In this document: positions 51,182 through 59,773 of the stretch, one piece after another
How positions within the stretch are numbered: position 1 is the first letter of the stretch
Layout of the letters: each line of letters opens with the position of its first letter
From: an uncultured Christensenella sp.
Lineage (GTDB): Bacteria > Bacillota > Clostridia > Christensenellales > CAG-138
Direction of reading: 5' to 3'
NCBI GenBank assembly: GCA_964426415.1
Contig: CAYRQM010000003.1
Location: 9,935-73,934, forward strand
Length of the DNA stretch: 64,000 nucleotides
Notes under the pieces: model-generated
The model's database searches: none
What the model saw: the letters and a program-made list of their open reading frames with translations, nothing else
Told to the model about the DNA's origin: nothing
Program-made: the position numbers and the translations under genes

Positions 51182-51757
51182 ATGGAATTGGTATTGGCGT
51201 CTCAATCGCCGCGTCGGCGCGAAGTGCTGACTTTGATGGGCATTCCCTACACGGCAGACGTTTGCACCGAGCCGGAAGCAGCCGATTTGGGCTGTTCCGC
51301 CGCGGAGATGGTGCAGCGGCTTGCCTATGACAAGGCAAAAAATGTGTTGCAGCGGCATCCAAGCGCGTGCGTGCTTGGTTCGGACACGGTGGTGCTGTTG
51401 CAGGGCGAAATTTTGGGCAAGCCTCACAGCCCCGACGAGGCGAAAGCCTATCTGCGTCGGATGCAGGGGCAAAGTCACGATGTTTACACGGGCGTCGCGC
51501 TGCTTAAGGCAGACTACACCGACATTCGCTGTGAAGTGACCCATGTGACGTTTCGCCCCATGAGCGAACGGGAAATCGACTGGTACGTCGGCACGGGCGA
51601 ACCGCTGGACAAGGCGGGCGCTTACGGCGTGCAGGGGCTTGGCGCGGTGTTTGTGGAGCGCATCGAGGGCAATTATTTCAACGTCATCGGCTTGCCCGCG
51701 CCCACCGTTTACGACATGCTGAAGCGCGCCAAAATGCTCAAGGAGGATCGCACTTGA
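51182..51757 (+). CDS. maf: Maf-like nucleoside triphosphate pyrophosphatase
   Basis: 191 aa. LASQSPRRREVL N-terminus and GAYGVQG motif. Confidence 0.9.
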   Translation: MELVLASQSPRRREVLTLMGIPYTADVCTEPEAADLGCSAAEMVQRLAYDKAKNVLQRHPSACVLGSDTVVLLQGEILGKPHSPDEAKAYLRRMQGQSHDVYTGVALLKADYTDIRCEVTHVTFRPMSEREIDWYVGTGEPLDKAGAYGVQGLGAVFVERIEGNYFNVIGLPAPTVYDMLKRAKMLKEDRT

Positions 51758-52077
51758 TGGAGTTGTTTCTTGTATTTCTCGCCGCCGCCGTGGTGATTGC
51801 GCTGTATGGGCTTCTCACTTGGCTGCCGCAGTGGGCGTTTCTGATGCTGGGCAAAAAGTTAGAGGTGGAGTTGCTTCAAGAGGGCTATTCCAAGAAAAAG
51901 CTCAGCCGCTATTTGGGCGTCACGCTGCTGATTGCCGCAGGCTTGCTGCTGCTTTGCGGCGCGGTGATCTTCCTTTGGTCGTCGATGCCGTTTTACGCGC
52001 CCTTTGTCGTTTCCGGCGCGTGGGCGCTGTTTGCCATCTACCGGCTCAAAAAGCATCCGGAACAAGTCATGGAATGA
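51754..52077 (+). CDS. Small hypothetical membrane protein
   Basis: About 107 aa with three hydrophobic segments. Start and stop overlap maf and uvrC. No recognisable motif. Confidence 0.5.
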   Translation: MMELFLVFLAAAVVIALYGLLTWLPQWAFLMLGKKLEVELLQEGYSKKKLSRYLGVTLLIAAGLLLLCGAVIFLWSSMPFYAPFVVSGAWALFAIYRLKKHPEQVME

Positions 52078-53906
52078 ACGCTGTCATTGCCGACAAATTA
52101 GAGCTGCTTTCCTCCTCCCCCGGCGTCTACAAGATGTTCGACGAACAGGGTGAGGTCATCTATGTCGGGAAAGCCAAAGTGCTCAAAAACCGTGTGCGGC
52201 AATACTTTCAAGTCAACAAAAATCACACGCCCAAAGTGCTTGCCATGATCTCCCACATCGCAGACTTTGAAACCATCGAAGTCCACAGCGAGGCGGAAGC
52301 GCTTTCTTTGGAAAGCAATCTCATCAAGCAGTTCATGCCCAAATACAACATTCTGCTGAAGGACGACAAGCAGTTTCCCTATTTTCGGATCGATCTACGG
52401 CAAGACTTCCCGCGCATCGACATCGTGCGCCGCGTCAAGCAGGACGGCGCCACCTATTTGGGGCCGTACATCGTGGGCGCGTCCGCGCAGGAAGAGCTGC
52501 GGCTTGTCTACGACTTGTACCCCATTCGCCACTGCAAAAAGAGCATGGAGCGCGCCATTCATCGGCAGGAGCGTCCGTGCCTACTGTATCACATCGGCAA
52601 ATGCTGCGCGCCTTGCAGCGGTGCCGTGACTCGTGCGCAATACCATGCCTATCTGCACGAGATTGTGCGGCTGTTGGACGGCAAGGCAGACGATCTTTTG
52701 CCGCTGCTTGACCAAAAAATGCAGGAAGCCGCCGAAGCGTTGCAATTTGAGCGGGCTGCCATGCTGCGGGACAAGCGCAAGGCGCTGTTGGCGCTGCGCG
52801 AAAAGCAGGTGGCAATCTCCACCAAAAATCTGCGTGCGGACGTGTTCGCCTGCGAACAGCAGGACGGGAACTATGCGGTCTTTGCGCTGTATGTGCGGCA
52901 CGGCAGCATCGTCGGCACGCACCTGTTCCCCATGACGACGGAGGTGGAAACCGAACCGTCCGATGTGCTGTATGCGTTTTTCATGCAGTATTACGGCAAT
53001 GCCGAAATCGAAATTCCGCCCGTGCTGCTTTGTGCCGCATTGCCCACCGACGCGCCGTATCTTGCCGAATGGCTTTCGTCGCGCAGCGGGCGAAAGGTGC
53101 AGATTCTAAAGCCGCAGCGCGGTGAAAAGCGGCTGTTGACCGATATGGCTTCGCAAAACTGCATCGCTTCTTTGGAAAAGAACGCCGCGCTGACGCGCCG
53201 TGCTTGGGAACGCGACGAAGGCGCCGTCGAACGATTGGCTGCCGCGTTGGACTTGGACACGGTGCCCACGCGTATCGAATGCTTCGACAACTCGCATCTG
53301 ATGGGGACGAATACCGTTTCGTCCATGGTGGTGTTCACGAACGGCAAGGCGGACAAGCAAGCCTATCGCCACTATCGCATCCGCACCGCGGCGGGCGGCG
53401 ACGATCTTGCCGCCATGCGCGAAGCGCTTTCGCGCCGCTTTGAAAAGCAGGACGTGCTGCCCGATTTGCTCATTTTGGACGGCGGCAAAGAGCAGCTCAA
53501 GGTGGGTGTCGAAGTGCTGCGCGAACAAAATCTTTCGCACATTCCCATCTGCGCATTGGCAGAATCCGAGGAATGGCTCTATTTGCCCAACCGCGACGAA
53601 CCCATCGTGCTGCCGCGTGCCGACGCAACGCTGCATTTGGTGCAGCGCATCCGCGACGAAGCCCACCGCTTTGCCATCTCGTACCATCGCAATCTGCGCA
53701 GCAAGTCGGCGCTGTACTCGCAGCTGGACAACATCGCGGGCGTAGGCGACAAGCGCAAGCGCGCCCTGTTCGATGCGTTCTTGACCATCGACGCCATCAA
53801 AACGGCAGACGTCAAAAAACTGCTTGCAGTGAAGGGTATGACAAAACCCGTCGCCGAAGCAGTGTATCGGTACTTTCATGAAGCGGAACGCGAACCGCAG
53901 CGTTAG
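52074..53906 (+). CDS. uvrC: Excinuclease ABC subunit C
   Basis: Start trimmed to ATG 52074. GIY-YIG (GVYKMFDEQGEVIYVGKAKVLKNRVRQY), UVR domain, RNase H-like endonuclease domain, C-terminal HhH. Confidence 0.93.
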   Translation: MNAVIADKLELLSSSPGVYKMFDEQGEVIYVGKAKVLKNRVRQYFQVNKNHTPKVLAMISHIADFETIEVHSEAEALSLESNLIKQFMPKYNILLKDDKQFPYFRIDLRQDFPRIDIVRRVKQDGATYLGPYIVGASAQEELRLVYDLYPIRHCKKSMERAIHRQERPCLLYHIGKCCAPCSGAVTRAQYHAYLHEIVRLLDGKADDLLPLLDQKMQEAAEALQFERAAMLRDKRKALLALREKQVAISTKNLRADVFACEQQDGNYAVFALYVRHGSIVGTHLFPMTTEVETEPSDVLYAFFMQYYGNAEIEIPPVLLCAALPTDAPYLAEWLSSRSGRKVQILKPQRGEKRLLTDMASQNCIASLEKNAALTRRAWERDEGAVERLAAALDLDTVPTRIECFDNSHLMGTNTVSSMVVFTNGKADKQAYRHYRIRTAAGGDDLAAMREALSRRFEKQDVLPDLLILDGGKEQLKVGVEVLREQNLSHIPICALAESEEWLYLPNRDEPIVLPRADATLHLVQRIRDEAHRFAISYHRNLRSKSALYSQLDNIAGVGDKRKRALFDAFLTIDAIKTADVKKLLAVKGMTKPVAEAVYRYFHEAEREPQR

Positions 53907-54382
53907 TCCTCTGTTGGGATGTGTTCGCGCAGGTAGGCTTGAATCTCGCTGACGCCGTCGATGGCGAACAGCGTGTAGCGTGCGCTTTTTGTATTGAGCA
54001 CCAATGAAGGAAAGAATCGAAAATAGCCCGTGTTGACGTTGACCACGGCGAAGCTGACGATCTCGGAAACGTCGGCGGAGAACGGCGTGCCGCTGCTCAT
54101 GCGCGGATTGGGATAGCTGACGCCGTCCAAGCGTTCGCCCTCGATCCGGAGCATGGTGCGCTTCATGGCAGTTTGCACTTTGAACGACATGATAATCTGC
54201 CACATGAAGAACAGAAACAGCACCACAATCGTGATGGATTTCACGCCCAACGTAATCTGCTCGCCGCGAAAATAGGGCAAAAGCAGCAGCACAGCCAAAA
54301 TGGGCAGGCAGACCACATAGACCCACAGGGTGATGCCTGCGTTGAAAATGGTATGTTTGCTTGGTGTAAATGTCTGATTCAT
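53903..54382 (-). CDS. Hypothetical membrane protein
   Basis: 159 aa. Two N-terminal TM helices and a soluble beta-rich C-domain. No SD upstream of the ATG (a C-rich hairpin arm sits there instead). Confidence 0.5.
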   Translation of the reverse strand: MNQTFTPSKHTIFNAGITLWVYVVCLPILAVLLLLPYFRGEQITLGVKSITIVVLFLFFMWQIIMSFKVQTAMKRTMLRIEGERLDGVSYPNPRMSSGTPFSADVSEIVSFAVVNVNTGYFRFFPSLVLNTKSARYTLFAIDGVSEIQAYLREHIPTED

Positions 54383-54390
54383 ATTAGGAG

Positions 54391-54416
54391 GGGGAGCGCA
54401 GAAACGCTCCCCTTTT
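54391..54416 (+). terminator. Terminator-like hairpin (T-tract on the plus strand only)
   Basis: GGGGAGCG-cagaaa-CGCTCCCC followed by TTTTGG. It lies between two minus-strand genes. Confidence 0.4.
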
Positions 54417-54437
54417 GGTTGGTTTGGTGAATGGAGA

Positions 54438-56495
54438 TTACTCGTCGTCTTCGTCTTCGCGCTTGGAAGCTTCGATGATCTTCTTGGCTTGCTCGGCGGG
54501 GACGTCTTCGTAACGGGTGAACTCGCTGCGGAACGAACCGCGTGCCTGCGTCATGGAGCGCAAGTCGGTGGCGTACTTGAACATCTCGGAAAGCGGCGCT
54601 TCCGCCACGATCTCGGTGCCGCCGTTTTGCGGCGTCATGCCCAACATTCTGCCGCGGCGACGGCTGAGGTCGCCCATGATGTCGCCCACGTTGTCGTTGG
54701 GAACCCAGATGTAGAAGGTGTAAATCGGCTCGGTCAACGCGGGATTCGCCTTGGCGCAGGCTGCCTTGTAGGACAGTCTTGCCGCGCTCTTGAACGCGAC
54801 TTCTTTGGAGTCGACGGGGTGATACTTGCCGTCGTACAGCGTCGCCTTGATGCCGACCATCGGATAGCCCGCCAATACGCCGTGCACCATTGCTTCGCGC
54901 AGACCCTTTTCGACGGCGGGAATGTATTCCTTGGGGACGACGCCGCCGACGATGGCGTTGACAAACTCGAAATCGGTGCCTTCGGGCGCCGGCTCAAACC
55001 GCATCTGTACGACGCCGAACTGACCGCTGCCGCCGGATTGCTTTTTGTGCTTGCCTTCGGCTTCCGCCATGGCGCGAATCGTTTCACGGTACGGGATGCG
55101 CGGATCGGACAGCGCCGCTTCGACGTTGTTCTTGTTGCGCAGCTTCGCGCAGGTCACATCGATGTGCATTTCGCCAAGGCCCCGCAGCAGAACGTCGCCC
55201 GTTTCGGGGTTCTTTTCGATTGCCAAGGTGGGATCTTCTTCTAAGAGCTTGTTCAGACCGCTGATGACCTTATCGTCTTCACCCTGCTTCTTGGCGGTGA
55301 TTGCAATGCTGATGCAGGGTTCGGGGAAGTGAATCTTCTCGATGGCGATGACGTCGCTTGCGTCGCACAGCGTGTCGTTGGTGTTGGTATATTGCAGCTT
55401 GGGCAGCGCGCCGATGTCGCCCGCGTTGAGCTTGTCAACGGGGATGGCTTTCTTGCCGCGCAGCATGTTGGGCGTGGTGGACTTTTCGGTTTTTTCGGCG
55501 TCGACGTTGTAAAGGGACGTGGAAAGATCCAGCGTGCCGCGATGCACCTTGATGATGCTTTGCTTGCCGAACTGGTCGTTGACCGTCTTGTACACGGAGC
55601 AGACCATCTTGCCTTCACGTGTGAGCGCAACTTCGGCGTCGCCCTTAAAGGCTTTGGGCAGCTTTGCATCCGCCGCGGTGGGCAGATAGTGGATGATGTT
55701 GTCCAAAAGGGTGACAACACCGATGTTCTGCACGGCAGACGTGCAGCAAACGGGCGTGATATCGCCGTCCAATACGCCCTTCGAAAGACCTTGGAGAATC
55801 TCCTCGCGGGAAAGCTCCATCGTCTCGAAGTACTTTTCCATCAGGTCTTCGTCCGCCTCGGCTGCCGCCTCGGTCAGCTTCTCGTAAAGCGTTTGCGCTT
55901 CGGCTTCGAGAGAGGACGGGATTGCAATTTCTTTTTCGGATTTGCCTTCGAAAAGCTTGGCGTTCATGTTGATGAGATCGACATAGCCCTTGAACGCGCC
56001 TGCTTCCATGATGGGAAGCTGAATCGGCACGACGGAAACGCCGAACTTCTCGTTAATTGCTTCCATCGTCTTTTCGAAGTTGGCATTTTCACGGTCCATC
56101 TGGTTGATGACCATCATGCGCGCCTTTTTTTGTTCTTTGCACATCGCCATGGTCTTTTCAGCGCCCACGGCAGGGCCCGAAACGGCGCCGACTACGATGA
56201 GCGCTGCGTCTGCAAGCGCCATCGCCGCCGTCACTTCGCCATAGAAATCGAAGAAGCCCGGTGCGTCGATCAGGTTGATCTTGGTGTTTTTCCATTCCAA
56301 GGGAGCAAGCCCCATGTTGATGGAGATGGAACGCTTGACCTCTTCCGGATCGAAGTCCGTCGTGGGCGTGTTGTTCGGGAACCGATCGACCAAGCCTGCG
56401 TTGTACAGCATCGCTTCGACCAGTGTGGTCTTGCCTTCGCCGCCATGTCCAAAGACCCCGATGTTGCGAATCTCATTCGCGGTGTAGAATTTCAT
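54438..56495 (-). CDS. Elongation factor G family GTPase (paralogue type)
   Basis: 685 aa. G1 GHGGEGKTT (instead of AHIDAGKTT), G3 DAPG, domains II-V recognisable. Confidence 0.88.
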   Translation of the reverse strand: MKFYTANEIRNIGVFGHGGEGKTTLVEAMLYNAGLVDRFPNNTPTTDFDPEEVKRSISINMGLAPLEWKNTKINLIDAPGFFDFYGEVTAAMALADAALIVVGAVSGPAVGAEKTMAMCKEQKKARMMVINQMDRENANFEKTMEAINEKFGVSVVPIQLPIMEAGAFKGYVDLINMNAKLFEGKSEKEIAIPSSLEAEAQTLYEKLTEAAAEADEDLMEKYFETMELSREEILQGLSKGVLDGDITPVCCTSAVQNIGVVTLLDNIIHYLPTAADAKLPKAFKGDAEVALTREGKMVCSVYKTVNDQFGKQSIIKVHRGTLDLSTSLYNVDAEKTEKSTTPNMLRGKKAIPVDKLNAGDIGALPKLQYTNTNDTLCDASDVIAIEKIHFPEPCISIAITAKKQGEDDKVISGLNKLLEEDPTLAIEKNPETGDVLLRGLGEMHIDVTCAKLRNKNNVEAALSDPRIPYRETIRAMAEAEGKHKKQSGGSGQFGVVQMRFEPAPEGTDFEFVNAIVGGVVPKEYIPAVEKGLREAMVHGVLAGYPMVGIKATLYDGKYHPVDSKEVAFKSAARLSYKAACAKANPALTEPIYTFYIWVPNDNVGDIMGDLSRRRGRMLGMTPQNGGTEIVAEAPLSEMFKYATDLRSMTQARGSFRSEFTRYEDVPAEQAKKIIEASKREDEDDE

Positions 56496-56598
56496 GTTTG
56501 TTCCCCCTGTTGGAATTTCTTCATAATGTTATCCGTCTACACGGATTCAGCCATTTTAGTCAAACATCAGTATAACAGATAATTTCGTCAGTGTAAAC

Positions 56599-57843
56599 CT
56601 AAACTTTCCACGAATTTACATATTCTTGTTGCGTTGTGTTCAATGCATCGATGGAAATGCCCATGGACGCCAGCTTCTTGCAGGCGACGAATCGGTCGAC
56701 GTCTTCGGGCACGGCGTACACGCGGGGTTCCTTTTGCGGGTCGATTGCCAATGCGCGTGCGCAAAGCGCCTGAATGGCGAAGCTCATGTCCATTATCTCG
56801 GCGGGATGACCGTCGCCCGACGCCAAATTGACCAGCCGCCCTTCGGCAAGCACATAGAGCCAACGTCCGTTTGCCATGCGATAACCGTCGATGTTCGGCT
56901 TCATGCGGCGCGTTTCCACGGCGATTTCTTGCAAGCGTTTGACGTCCACTTCGACGTCGAAATGACCCGCGTTGCAAAGGATGGCGCCGTTTGGCATGGC
57001 AAGCATGTGCGATTCCGTGATGACGTCGCGCATCCCCGTGACCGTGATAAACAGGTTGCCGCGCTGTGCCGCCTCTGCCATCGGCAGGACTTCGAACCCG
57101 TCCATCACCGCTTCGATTGCCTTAACCGGGTCGATCTCGGTGACGATGACCTTTGCACCAAGCCCCTTTGCCCGCATGGCGACGCCTTTGCCGCACCAGC
57201 CGTAGCCTGCCACCACCACGGTTTTGCCCGCCACGATGAGGTTGGTGGTGCGGTCGATGCCGTCGAACACGGACTGCCCCGTGCCGTAGCGGTTGTCGAA
57301 CAGGTGCTTGCACATGGCGTCGTTCACGTCGTACATGGGAAAGCGCAGCGCGCCGTCGCGCTCCATTGCCAAAAGCCGATGAATGCCCGTGGTGGTTTCT
57401 TCACAGCCGCCGCGAATCTTTGGAATGAGATGCGGCAAGGCGGTGTGCAGCGTGGAAACCAAGTCGCCGCCGTCGTCGATGATGAGATCCGGCTCGGTCG
57501 ACAACACGGCATGGATGCACGATTCGTATTCTTGTGCCGAGGCGCCGTGCAGCGCGTACACGCGCATCCCGCCGTGTGCAAGCGCCGCCGCCACATCGTC
57601 CTGTGTGGAAAGCGGATTGCTGCCCGTCACGACCATTTCGGCGCCGCCCGCCTGCAGCACGCGGCACAGATACGCCGTCTTTGCCTCCAGATGGACGGAA
57701 AGGGCGATGCGAAGCCCCGAAAACGGCTGTTCTTGCATAAAATCCTGCTCGATGCAGGCAAGGATCGGCATATTGCGCTTGACCCATTCAATCTTGTCTT
57801 CGCCCGACGGGTACAGCGTCAAATCGCGGATGCGGCTCTCCAT
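56599..57843 (-). CDS. ahcY: Adenosylhomocysteinase
   Basis: 414 aa. NAD-binding VAGYGWCGKG, HLEAKTA and SNPLSTQDDVAAAL motifs. Confidence 0.93.
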   Translation of the reverse strand: MESRIRDLTLYPSGEDKIEWVKRNMPILACIEQDFMQEQPFSGLRIALSVHLEAKTAYLCRVLQAGGAEMVVTGSNPLSTQDDVAAALAHGGMRVYALHGASAQEYESCIHAVLSTEPDLIIDDGGDLVSTLHTALPHLIPKIRGGCEETTTGIHRLLAMERDGALRFPMYDVNDAMCKHLFDNRYGTGQSVFDGIDRTTNLIVAGKTVVVAGYGWCGKGVAMRAKGLGAKVIVTEIDPVKAIEAVMDGFEVLPMAEAAQRGNLFITVTGMRDVITESHMLAMPNGAILCNAGHFDVEVDVKRLQEIAVETRRMKPNIDGYRMANGRWLYVLAEGRLVNLASGDGHPAEIMDMSFAIQALCARALAIDPQKEPRVYAVPEDVDRFVACKKLASMGISIDALNTTQQEYVNSWKV

Positions 57844-57866
57844 AAAAGTCCTCGCTTTTTTCTTTC

Positions 57867-57895
57867 ATTATAGCAAGCAAATAGGGCATTGTCAA
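57867..57895 (-). promoter_or_regulatory. ahcY promoter
   Basis: Minus strand: TTGACA, 17 nt, TATAAT, then the GAGGA SD. Confidence 0.65.
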
Positions 57896-57923
57896 AGGCG
57901 CAAATGTTTGCTAAACTAAAGCC

Positions 57924-58571
57924 ATGGAACCAATTTATGAACGCAACATCGGCGCGCTTTCGCTGCCGCAGCAAACATCGCTCCTCTCCCCCGTCGTCTG
58001 CATCGTCGGATGCGGCGGCGTCGGCGCCCGCACCGCCGAATTGCTCTTGCGCGCAGGCGTGCGCCATCTTTCTCTCATCGACGCTGCCGCCTTCCAAGAA
58101 TCGGATCGCAACCGTCATCCGTTTGCCACCGCCGCCAATGTGGGACGCTTTAAGGTGACCGAAACGAAACGGCGCTTGCTTGCCATCGATCCAAATGCCG
58201 CGCTTACAGCGTTCAAAAAACCCTATGCGCCCGCGTTCCTTTCAAACGCCGCGCTCTGCATCGACGCTGTCGACCAACCTGCCGCGCACATTGCGATTTC
58301 CGAAACCGCACCGTGTCCCGTGCTGCATGCCCGTGCGTTCGGATACCTTGTCACCGTTTTGCTGCAGGCAACGGGTGAAACGCGGCTTGCCGACCTGTAT
58401 CCCGATGCGCGTCCCATTCGCCACCCCGCGGGAAAGCTTGGCGCGCTGGATGCGTTTGCCGCGTCGCTGCTTGCCGCCGAAGCTGTGGTTTTGCTCAAAG
58501 AAGCAGAAAAGCCTCCCGTCACGGAAGGCTTTACAAAGCAGTATACGCTGCCGTATCAGTTCGAAAGATAG
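57924..58571 (+). CDS. ThiF/MoeB/HesA-family (E1-like) protein
   Basis: 215 aa. Rossmann motif IVGCGGVGA and downstream D(A)VD. No rhodanese or Cys-rich zinc module. Confidence 0.75.
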   Translation: MEPIYERNIGALSLPQQTSLLSPVVCIVGCGGVGARTAELLLRAGVRHLSLIDAAAFQESDRNRHPFATAANVGRFKVTETKRRLLAIDPNAALTAFKKPYAPAFLSNAALCIDAVDQPAAHIAISETAPCPVLHARAFGYLVTVLLQATGETRLADLYPDARPIRHPAGKLGALDAFAASLLAAEAVVLLKEAEKPPVTEGFTKQYTLPYQFER

Positions 58572-59773
58572 GCGACTGCCGCCTGCAGCTGGGTATCCAG
58601 CGCGTAGGGCAGGATGCGGATGGAATAGCCGCTTGCTTCTTCGCTCAGTTCTACCACTTCATCGGGTGTAATGCCCTCTTCCTGCACGCAGACGCCGCTT
58701 GGCGTATAGTATGCCTGCGTTGTAATTTTAATGTAACCGCCCGTGTCCTGCACATAGAAATAGGATTGCACGATGCCCTTGCCATACGTCTTGGTTCCGA
58801 TGAGATGCGCCACGTCGTGATCCTTCAGCGCGCCTGCCAAAAGTTCGCTGGCGGATGCGGAGTAGCCGTTGACCAGCAGCACGATGGGCAAATCCAAACC
58901 GTCCGTATCGGTGCGGTACACCACCTCGTCGCCGTTGCGGGAACGCAGCGACGTAATGACTTGATCCTTCGGCAGGAACAGATCGGCAATGTCGCACACA
59001 TCGCTCAGCGATCCGCCCAAATTGTCACGAATGTCCAAAATCAAAGACTGCATGCCTTGTTCGCGCAGTGCAGAAAGCGCCGTTTGCATCTCCTCCACGC
59101 AAATGCCATGGAACTCGGACAGGTAGATGTACCCGATGTTGCCGTCCAGCATTTTGTAGGAAACGGCAGGCGTATGTACTTTGCGTGCCGTCACGGTGCA
59201 GGTGATGGTTTGTTCGCCGCGGCGCACCACGATGGTGTTGACGTCGCCGTCGTTGACTTTGACCAGCGCAACGGCGTCCTGCAGCGAAAGCCCTTCGCAG
59301 GAGGTGCCGTTGATGGTGTCCAAAATGTCGCCCTCTTTGAGCCCCGCTTCGGCTGCGGGCGTTCCGTCGTAGACCACGCTCAGCATGTGCGTGCCGTCGT
59401 CCTGCAGCTGTATCATCACGCCGATGCCGGTGTAGTTGCCGGACTGCTCTTTGGTTAGCTCTGCGTACTCGTCGGCGGTGAAATACGCGGCGTACGGATC
59501 GCCCAAGGAGGACACCATGCCCTTCAGCGCACCGTCGATGAGGTTGGTATCGGTGTCGTCGATGAAATAAAAGTTGTCGCGGATGACCTTTGCCGCTTCT
59601 GCAATGGTGGCGGATTCGCTCGTCGTGGCGCGTGCGGCGCACAGTGCAGCCGTCGTTCCGACCAGCACAAGGGACAGCAGCCAGCAGATGACGAGAAGAA
59701 GCGTTTTGGGACGCTTCTTTTGGGGTGGGTCTGCCTGCGTATGGATTTCATTTGGGTCGAATTCTTCGATCAT
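58556..59773 (-). CDS. S41 family C-terminal processing peptidase
   Basis: Start trimmed to ATG 59773 (ATGA overlap with thrC). TM anchor, PDZ region, LILDIRDNLGGSL, Ser in GYSASASE, Lys in TYGKG. Confidence 0.88.
   Translation of the reverse strand: MIEEFDPNEIHTQADPPQKKRPKTLLLVICWLLSLVLVGTTAALCAARATTSESATIAEAAKVIRDNFYFIDDTDTNLIDGALKGMVSSLGDPYAAYFTADEYAELTKEQSGNYTGIGVMIQLQDDGTHMLSVVYDGTPAAEAGLKEGDILDTINGTSCEGLSLQDAVALVKVNDGDVNTIVVRRGEQTITCTVTARKVHTPAVSYKMLDGNIGYIYLSEFHGICVEEMQTALSALREQGMQSLILDIRDNLGGSLSDVCDIADLFLPKDQVITSLRSRNGDEVVYRTDTDGLDLPIVLLVNGYSASASELLAGALKDHDVAHLIGTKTYGKGIVQSYFYVQDTGGYIKITTQAYYTPSGVCVQEEGITPDEVVELSEEASGYSIRILPYALDTQLQAAVAYLSN

Noticed and set aside
51819-52073. Track N-terminal extensions of uvrC (51819), ctpA (60136), thrC (61317), glyQS (61567), rnhA (29640), recG (43387), the PLP enzyme (33750), the ABC ATPase (49315), lexA-overlapping ORF 31750-32529 and gmk (6823).
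   Set aside because: The extensions overlap upstream genes or repeats, lack an SD, and have non-protein-like composition. Internal ATG/TTG starts with GGAGG-type SDs coincide with the conserved family N-termini.
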